A stretch of DNA of 33,541 bases from Lophium mytilinum (Eukaryota). Shown piece by piece: positions 25,045-33,541 of this stretch. The DNA is taken from assembly GCA_010093605.1 (NCBI GenBank), contig MU004191.1:1-33541 (forward strand), read 5' to 3'. The position numbers and the translations under genes were made by a program. Below the pieces are notes generated by a model. It saw nothing but the letters and a program-made list of their open reading frames with translations, did not search any database and was not told the DNA's origin. Position 1 is the first letter of the stretch; each line of letters opens with the position of its first letter.

Positions 25045-27300
25045 TATGCGGCGTTATTATTACTACTATTATTATTAACAGCGGCTAGCGCGTTACTAAG
25101 CTTAATATTAGATGCGAAATTATCTATATAGTAAACTATAGAGAGCTTTAAATTAAGCTCTTTCTAGAAGCGGGCAAGGCGTTATTAGACTATCTCTTTA
25201 GAGGGAGGGGCGTTCTTTATATAGGGATAGTTGCGGTCTAATACGCGGTGTCCTATCTTAAGGTAGTTATAGTAGATATCTTTATCTTATTTATTAAGCA
25301 CTTTAGTTACTACAGGAGGGAGATAAATGCGGCGGGTATTACTATTATAGTCTTAGCAGCGTAAGCTATTATCTATAATAGGGCGTAATAAATACGCTTT
25401 AGGGTTACGGTTAAAGTTCTAGAAGCTATAATTAGACTTCTTACTAAATAGCTTATTAGTATATGCGGATCCATTACTATTATTTTAGAATAGGCTGTTA
25501 GTGCGTTATTATTTACGGGCGCGCTTATGTTTACTGGTAAGAAAGAACACTATACAGTTAACGGCGGTAACTAGTTCTATCTAGAATATATAGTTGTTAG
25601 CAGCGCTAAAAACCTAACTTTTAAGTTTAGGGGTAATAAGGCGCTTAAGCTATCCTTTCTAATTAATAAAGTCCATTTCCTTATCGGAGTCTATTAATAT
25701 TATTTCCTGGAACCGGAGGAGGAAGATAGGCCATTTCTTGTTATATTTTATAAATGCCTATTAGCTGTAAAGCTTATTATTTATAGCTATAGCTTTGTCC
25801 TTAATTATAAAATAGGGGTTTATTATTTTAAATATTTTTTTAATTATTTTAAAGTTGTTACTTATAGGGCGGTCCTATTAAGTACGGTTGCATATAACGC
25901 TTTTAGCGAATCTAATATAGTAGGATTTAATGTATTTAAGCTTAGCTTACTTATTATAGAAATCTTAAGGTTTATTCTAGAAGATAGTATAGGCGTGCAC
26001 TTTCTATAATTTATATTTAGATTAGTTATCTTATTCTTTAAACTTCTATAGGTCGCGGAACTTAGTATATAGCTAGTGTAGGCTAGCTATAAGTTAGGCG
26101 TTTAGATTGTATAAAAAGTTAGGCTAGGTAAAATAATTGCAATTAGGAGGATTATTGCTGTTGCCTTTATTAGATAGGTAGCTATAGTTACCGCGCTTAG
26201 CTGCGTTATCTTATTAAGAGCGCGCTTAGGGTTATTACTATATAGCTTATTAGTACTTCTTTTTATACTCTATACCCTAAGCGCGAAAGGTGTCGCGCTG
26301 CTATTAGTATTAGTCGCGGTAAAAAGTAACTTTAGCTACTTTAGTAGTAAGGCCTTTAACCTTAATATAGAGTTTAGCGTTAAAGATAGTCTAAGTGTTA
26401 GTTTTCTTGCGCTTATCTTCTAGCTACTTAGTAAGACTGTCGCGTTTATTAGCAAAGTTCTTAGCGTTAGTATGCATCTTAGCTACTTAATAATAGAGCT
26501 TAGCGGCTTAGTTTTTAAGGTTAGTAATTATAGTACTATTTTATGCGCCTTATTATTCTTAAAGTTATGTAATTTTATTATCTTTCTATTAAATAGCTAC
26601 TACTATATTCCTAACATCTTTATGCAACTTACTAAGTTCTCGGCGGCAGTTAAGTAGTGCGGCGTAAATACTAATATATTTATCTTAAGCTATATCGCAA
26701 AGCTCTTCTATATTATTAATAGTAATATTAATAGATTACCTATTACAGGCTTAGTTAATAATAAAGACTATGCCGTTATCTTTATTATCTATAAGGAGGG
26801 ACTATCAACGGTTAGGTAGTTAGCCGCTAGTTCTAGCGGAACTAGCGCCTGCGTTACTAGCGCCTGCGTTAGCTATATTAGGCTGTTCTTAGGTAGGGTA
26901 GATATTTAGAATTGCAATAGTATTAGTAGTAGAGATAATAACCTAGTCCTCTATAGTAATTAGAATTTAGAAGAAGAATAGAGTAGTTAGGTTAACTAGG
27001 GGTTTAGTAAATTAGACGGCATAAGGTATAGATATTTTAGCGAATAACTTAAAGTCTTCTTTATCTTTACCTTTACCTTTACCTTCTTATGCATAGGCGT
27101 TATTATTAGTATCCTACTTAGTAGAGTTAGTAAGGTTGTACTAGACTTAGCTCCGTGGTAGATTAGTACTAAATTAATTTAGTAGAAGGTAAATATCTAG
27201 TCCTAGATTACTAAATTTCTTAGTACGTGCAGCGAGAGCTTCCGGGGTTACAGTTAGTTAGTGTTGTAATACTCCTCCGCCGCCTATCTTATAGGCAGCT
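25020..27300 (-). pseudogene. gag: gag relic of element 2 (5' end approximate)
   Basis: RIPped zinc knuckle [C]YN[C]LKIGH......[C]P at ~25224-25275; GGGAAAC slippery site at 25038-25044 in the same frame. Confidence 0.7.
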
Positions 27301-27696
27301 TCCTTTTCTTAGTAATTAAGCTTATATACTTTCTAAGAGTTAAATGTAAGAGTAGATTAAGTAGCTTATAAGCTAGAAGGGAGAGTAGAAGTAGTAATAA
27401 CTAGACGCTTATTAGCTTTACCGCCGGGAGGTAAACCTATAAGCTGCGCGCTAGGTATAGCTATACTATATAGAGTTAGAGCTTTTCTACTATAGCTTAG
27501 TATAGCTAGTCTTAGGGGTATTATTTATATCTTTACTAGTAAGTATTAGTAGACTATAGAAGGAAAGGTTAGTATAAGGTAGAGGGTATAGGTTCTCTAT
27601 AAAAGCTTAGAAGTAGGCGTGCTTTCTAGAGTAGCTAGTACTATTCTTAGCGGCTGCCTTTAATTAGTAAATAAAAATAGGATAACTACGCATAGA

Positions 27697-27892
27697 CTAG
27701 TTAGTTGCGCGTAATAGTAGTAAGTAGGTATATAGGGCCTGCGCGCTAGCCTATTACTAATAGGGTATATATAGTTCTTACTCTATTATTAGAAAGTAAC
27801 TGCGCTTATATTAGTTAGTTACGCGTAATAGTAAGCAGGTTTATAGGGCCTGCGCGCTAACTATAGTAGGCGGGGTATATAGAGTCCTTACT
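27697..27892. repeat. Two ~85-bp direct repeats in the 5' leader of element 2
   Basis: TTAGTTRCGCGTAATAGTA...TATAGGGCCTGCGCGCTA...GGGTATATA at ~27697-27782 and ~27812-27892. Confidence 0.8.
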
Positions 27893-28034
27893 ATAAGATT
27901 ATAGAACCTTCTTTTAAGTCTCCCTATATTAATATAGAGGTTGTTAGGTTTATATATTAAAATTAGGCCTATTAAAATAGCTATTTAGTTAATTATAGGG
28001 TTGCTAATATAGATAGATAGATAAAAAGAGGGTA

Positions 28035-28054
28035 CTTCTAGAAACTTCTAGAAG
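28035..28054. promoter_or_regulatory. Heat-shock-element-like array (4 alternating pentamers) in the leader of element 2
   Basis: cTTCt aGAAa cTTCt aGAAg matches alternating nTTCn/nGAAn; function not demonstrated. Confidence 0.4.
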
Positions 28055-28063
28055 CTAGAAGGG

Positions 28064-28074
28064 TAGTTACTTTA
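28064..28074 (-). other. Self-priming primer-binding site of element 2
   Basis: + strand tagttacttta (28064-28074) is the exact 11-nt reverse complement of taaagtaacta inside the LTR (28129-28139) and directly abuts the LTR. Confidence 0.82.
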
Positions 28075-28294
28075 TATTATAGTGTAATAGCGGATTATAA
28101 GAGAAGACCTAATATTAGTATATATAGATAAAGTAACTATAAGAGAGAGAGAAGGGCGCGGAGCGCCGGCTAAAAGGTAGGCGAGGCTGGCGCTAAGACT
28201 AGTTATGTAACGGTAATTACGTGCTAGAGAGCACGTAACGCCGTTATATATATTAGGAACGTATTGTAATAGGGGTTACATTACAGCTATAATA
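28075..28294 (-). repeat. 5' LTR of element 2
   Basis: 220 bp; differs from 20011-20230 by transitions plus one transversion seen (aagcct/aagact), no indels. Confidence 0.95.
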
Positions 28295-28461
28295 ACGGGT
28301 ATAAATATATTAGTATTTTACTTAATTTTGCTAATATATAAATATTTATAGTTAATCTATAATACTATACTATATATTACCTAGTTCTAGTAATATAGTA
28401 CTACACTAAGATAGGTTAATAGAATATCGCGCGTTATTATATAACTATTTACCTATAGTAT

Positions 28462-28625
28462 AAGAGTCTTGCTAGAAAGCCTTTCTACTAGGGCCCTTTA
28501 CTACTTATATTAAGTACGCCTATTATTACCTCTCTTCTTATATATATTACTACTATATATCTACTAGATAAGTATTTACGTACTATATAAGAGCCTAGCT
28601 AGAAGCCTTTCTACTAACGCTCTTT
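28462..28625. repeat. Dispersed palindrome copies 13-14
   Basis: 28462-28501 aagagtcttgctagaaag-c-ctttctactagggccctttac; 28589-28625 aagagcctagctagaag-c-ctttctactaacgctcttt. Confidence 0.8.
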
Positions 28626-28699
28626 ATATCTTATACTAATTACTTTACTACCTTTCTTATTAATAATTCTTATTTATAACGCCGCCCCTACTAGTCTAC

Positions 28700-31600
28700 C
28701 TATTAATACTTAAATCTATATGCTCCTTAGAACTCTTCTACTTAAGCCTTATTCTTCTAGGCCTCTTACTCTAAGTCCCCCGAGTTCTCTATTTCTAAGC
28801 TGTAGTTACCTAAACTCTCTTTATACTTATACTCTTTATCTAATAACTAACTACTTATATCCCCCTCTTGCTCCTTCTATATTGCTAAATAATTCTAGAA
28901 TTCTTTAATTATTAGAATTCTGCCTAAATAAGCCCTTAGGCTATTTAGTATATAGTACTTAAACCTAAGCTAGATATATTTTAGATTAACTTAACCCCTA
29001 GGGCCTATAATATTATCCTCTATTATTATTATCTTTAACTTTCCTAGGCTTTTCTAGGTTATATTCTATACTTTCTTTGCAACTACGTCTATACTAAGGT
29101 TAACTGCCCCCCCTTAAGCCTATTCTTTAATATATTAGCTTAGTTAGGCTACCTTATAGTAGTAGCTATTTAGTAGTTATATATAGATCTACTATATATT
29201 TATAATTATATCTCTTCCCCTAATATTATCTTATATATCTTTAGAGTTATTTTATTTAGCTTAACGCGTAGTTAAAATTTTATTATTATTGTATCTTAGA
29301 AGAACCTAGAGTAATAAGGCGGCTCTTACTTATAGATTATTAAGGAATTATTCTACCGTTTTTAGTAACGCTTTATTTCTAATTATTGCATTTAATCTTT
29401 ATAATTTTATGTAGAAGGGACTATTATTCTATTTTTAAGTTTCTATAGCTAGATCTATAATATTAAATAGCAGCTAGACTTAATTAATCTAGCGTCTAGT
29501 TAAGTGCCTTAGATAATTTATATTACTATTTCTAGCTATATTCCGCATATAGGCGTAGCTTACTATAAGTTCTAACTTTCTATATAGCTTTATAAGTATA
29601 TTAGGATAAAGTATAACTATAGATCTATTTAGAATACTTTTAAGAAATTAGTTATATAGTTCTTTACTCTTCTATTATATCTTAGTATTTCTATCTTCTT
29701 CTATATACTATCTGCTTAGAAGCTTATATATATTAGTATAGTATACCTTAATAATAAGCGCAGCTGCCTTACCTATCTATAGCGGTGCTAATTGCTAATC
29801 TTTTTATACTTTAGTCCTATTTTTGCGTTAAATAGCTAGCGTGTACTATACTATAATGCTATACTATAGATACTGCATCTCTATATCCTCTCTAGTAAGA
29901 AATACCTAGATCTAAGCTTTAGTAAATATAGCTTAGAATTAATTCCTAAGGCCGGCTTATAGTTAATTAACACCTTAAGAGCTAAGTTATAGGGGCGTTA
30001 TTATCTAATCTAAGTACTCTAACTTTAGCTAAGCTATGCTATACTTCTTAAGGGAGTCTAATAACCTAAGGCTATATAAGGTTATAGGATTCTAGAGGTC
30101 TTTTTAATTTATCTACTCTTTTTTCTATAGTATAGATAATTAAGTAGGATTACTATATCTAGTAGTAATTTACGCAAGGCGGATATAAAGAGATGCTAAA
30201 TAACTATTTACTAGCTATTTATCTAGTATTGCTATATACCTAGCATTACGCCCGGGGGTAACCTAAAGAGATAGTACCTAGAAAAGAAATACCTAGTAAT
30301 TAAGGTTTATAATAGTAAAGGTATTAACTTCTTCTATAGAAAGAACCTAGTAGGGGTAATAAGGCTTACTACTATTATCTAGCCTATTCTTTATAGTAAA
30401 TTTAGGACTTGCGCTTTCTTTAAGTTACTTAAGTATAGTAAGAAGTACTTAGAACTCGGTTTAAACCCTATAGAATAAGTATCTATCTCTCCAGAGTATA
30501 GTATAGTAGCGTTAGAGAATAGTAGTAAGACTATTCTAAAGCTATTTTCTTTTTAATAATTCTCTAGAGCTACCTGCCGCTTTAAACTACTGCTTAATTA
30601 TTTTAGTTAAGACTGCAAGAGCTTCTAGTTAAGTATTATAAAAGGGTGTAATATTCTTAATAGGTAACTTAAGTATAATCTTATTACTATTATAGATTTT
30701 ATTATATACTATACTACTAATACGGCTATAGTTACCTGCTTAGAGCTCTACTATTAAAGATAACGCGCCCTAGGTAAGATAGTAGGGGTATAATATTATA
30801 TAAATCTTTTCTTTTCTACTATTATAGAAGTAAGTGGCCTAGTAGTTATTATAGCTAGTTTTACATAGAAGGGTAACCCCGGTATCTAGCTAATTAGTAG
30901 TTAGAACATTTTTATATCTATAGTTAATCTATATTCCCTTATCTAGTATATTAATTAGGTTTTTATTAAAAGTAGTAGTTAAAGTATATAGTAGCTAATC
31001 CCTGCTTTAAATTATACTTAAGAACTTATATACTATTTTTAGATTATAATCTAAGACTACTAGGAATACTTCTTTAAATAAATCTTTAGGTATAGTGTCT
31101 ATTCCTATAAAGTTTTCTGCGTTATAAAGAACTTAGTTCTAGAATTCTTAGAGTTAATACTATAGAATTATATACTTAGTATTAATATAAGAGTCTCTAG
31201 ATAATATTATATATTTTTCTTTCTTAATGCTTGCTTTACCCTATATAATATTAAAACTGTGTAGTATATACTACTACTTATTAGGTATTAGAGTATGCTT
31301 TACTATAGGTAAGATAATATTATTAAGCTAAGCTGCTTATATTATATCTAGTAGATGTAAAGTATTACCCTTCTACTTATTTAGTATTGGTATCTAGGGG
31401 AAAAATATATAAGTTTTAAATTAATGCTTATATCTATACTTTATATAAAGCTGCTTTATTATATAGAGCTTATAGCCGCATATTATAATATATTAGTTTT
31501 AAGTAATACTTTAAAGAAAGGATAGTTATAGAGATAGTAAGAAGTATAAATTATAGGCCGCTAAAGTAGAGATGCTAATAATAACGCTATTAATATTATA

Positions 31601-33150
31601 CACTTACCGGATTTTAATCTCTTTATTTACTATAAAGCTAGCTTTAGACCTTATAAAACTAAGCCTTAGAGTTTCTATATTACTAGTTTCTCCGCTTAAT
31701 ATTAATTTCCATGGGATATTATTAAAGTTATTAGAATTATTCTCTCTCTATAATAGCTCTAGTTAGCTTATTAAATAGAAGGCTGCATTAGCTATAATAG
31801 GCTCTTATTAGGAGGGAAGGTTCTAAGCTAGAAGAAAGCTAGTAACTTAGCTAAGGGATCTACTCTAAGGAACTATTATATAGTTACTTGCTATATTATA
31901 ATATTAGCTACTATATTATCTAAATAGAAAGAGTTAAGATATATAGTAAGTATACTAGACTTCTAACGCTAATTAGATTATACTTACTATATATAGAGTA
32001 TTTACTAATAGATTATTATACCTATATATATTAGCTTTATATAAACTATAGAGCTTATAATACTTACCTATTAAAGTCTATCTTATCTATAACTTTATCT
32101 ATAATCTTGCTATTACCTTTACTATTTAAGGCTATATTATCTACCCTACTACCTTAATTCTCTAGCATAACTTTATTAAGTAAACCCGGTAATTTATCTA
32201 TAGTATCTTACTATCCTTGCGTATATATACCTTCTCTACCCTCTTTAACTCTATTATCTAATACCTTATCTATATCTATACCTGCTTCTACCTTATTCTT
32301 AAGTTAGATAAATTCCTCTTCTATAACCTTAGTTACTAGCGTTAGGCGGAGAGATAATAAGGCAGCGTACTACTCTATTTAAACCTAACTATTATTATGC
32401 GCTAGTTGCATAAACCGACTTATATTAGCTAGTATTTTCTTCTTATCTATTTATTCCGCAGCGTCTATTCTAGAGAGTACTTCTACGGCCTTATTTTATT
32501 GCGCTAAGAATAATTCTGCTATAATCTCTTTATTAGTTATTTACGCAAGTACGTAGAGCAGTAATATAGTAATAAGGGCTAGTATTTAGTATTATATTAT
32601 TAGTTCTAGTTATATAGAAGTAGAAGCCGCTATAGTTTATTAAGCGCGTAAACTTACGCGTAGTATTATAGCTATCTATAGAGTATTCTAGAGAGTAAGA
32701 ATAGTATATACGCCTGTATATATATATAGTATAGCTATAGGTTTAAGAAACACTTTATAGAGATAGCGTATAGCGGGTAGAACCTAGCCCGGAGCTCTAT
32801 TATTATTATTTACGGCTTACTAAGATATCCCTACGCTAGAAGGTAGTAATAGAGAGGGTAACACCTCTCTAGTATCTAGAGGTAGTAGTAACGCAGGTAT
32901 ATAAGGAGACAACGCGGAAGATATAGATAATAGTAACTCTAATACTGCCTCTTCTACTTCTTTATCTACTTAGGCTACTTCTTTATTTACTTTACTTTCT
33001 TTAGCTGCTTCTTCTTCTCCTTTAACTACTGCTTTCTTAATAGTCTATATAATAGCATGCTTACTACTATTACTTTAATCTTGCTCTATAGCTTCTATTA
33101 ATTCTATATTACTTTAAATTTTAGGTATATATTAGGCCGCTTTTAACTTA
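28700..33150 (-). pseudogene. Large uncharacterised protein gene relic (RIP-inactivated, >1000 codons; ends approximate)
   Basis: One frame gives protein-like text at both 31621 and 30592 and on to ~29400: PW..ILSG, Y[D]I[D]S, YIFFP, YP..LT..A, [GG]IVYNKIYNS, TPFYN..LEALAV. An acidic N-terminal part (EEEAA..., ~32950-33030) is in another frame; a 46-nt GTAAGT..CTAAT..TAG intron (32067-32022) joins the two frames. Confidence 0.65.
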
Positions 33151-33235
33151 CTAGAGTATATACTACTACTAGTAGACTGCTAGGTATAAGAAAGTTATAT
33201 TAGTTAAGTAGGTTAAGAGGTTAGAGAAGTAAGAG

Positions 33236-33452
33236 AATAAGTACTACTATAAGTAGCCCGCCCTAGAGTAGAATATTAGGTAGGTTTAGTAGATAGAGAA
33301 GGAGTAGTAGAATAAATACTACTATAGGTAGACCGCTATAGAGAAGTATATTATATAGGTTGCGTAGGTTAAATAGATAGAGAAGGAATAGTAGAATAGA
33401 TACTACTATAAGTAGACTACTGCGGAGAAGTATATTATATAGATTAAGTAGA
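33236..33452. repeat. Degenerate tandem repeat (~84-bp period, 2 full copies + 1 partial)
   Basis: TAGATAGAGAAGGARTAGTAGAATARATACTACTATARGTAGAC...GAGAAGTATATTATATAG at 33290 and 33374; partial copy from ~33236. Confidence 0.8.
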
Positions 33453-33541
33453 GGTAGAAGGTAATAATTCTTCTATTAAGACGGGTTCTACTTAAGTTTA
33501 TTAGAACTTAACTGTAAATACTAGAAGATTATAAAAGATAT

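Larger units (their letters stand above)
20011..28294 (-). mobile_element. Full-length Ty3/Gypsy chromovirus LTR retrotransposon, family 2 (8284 bp), RIP-inactivated
   Basis: Two 220-bp LTRs with TATTATAG...CTATAATA inverted termini (RIPped TG...CA); TSD atagg (20006-20010) / acggg (28295-28299), differing only by C>T and G>A; PPT; gag-PR-RT-RH-IN-chromo relics. Confidence 0.96.

Noticed and set aside
26472..26657. Supplied 61-aa + strand ORF
   Set aside because: Antisense to the gag relic; L/I/F/Y-rich composition typical of chance ORFs in RIPped DNA.
28720..28908. Supplied 62-aa + strand ORF
   Set aside because: Antisense shadow of the purine-rich end of the minus-strand unknown ORF; no motif.
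31572..31766. Supplied 64-aa + strand ORF
   Set aside because: Antisense to the motif-bearing minus-strand frame; the apparent hydrophobicity is a consequence of AT enrichment.

Overview
Left chromosome end of a filamentous ascomycete (Pezizomycotina-type). It starts with a (CCCTAA)n telomere and a 60-bp subtelomeric tandem array, followed by ~33 kb of DNA heavily mutated by repeat-induced point mutation (RIP: CpA/TpG nearly absent, TpA everywhere), so no intact gene remains. Two complete but RIP-inactivated Ty3/Gypsy chromoviruses from different families lie on the minus strand (4445-13011 with 191-bp LTRs; 20011-28294 with 220-bp LTRs). Each has a 5-bp TSD, a PPT, gag/PR/RT/RH/IN/chromodomain relics, a -1 frameshift site and a Tf1-type self-priming PBS. 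Both inserted into an older backbone that is itself RIPped and therefore was multicopy. The backbone carries a large intron-containing SNF2-family helicase relic, a large uncharacterised ORF relic and further weak ORF relics. It is studded with ~14 copies of a ~35-43-bp palindrome (core AGAAAG-S-CTTTCT, GGGCCC-type arms), some inside the helicase coding frame. This telomere-attached, palindrome-marked SNF2 unit is the best candidate for an undescribed system. All protein readings are manual translations with RIP changes reverted by eye; gene ends are approximate.
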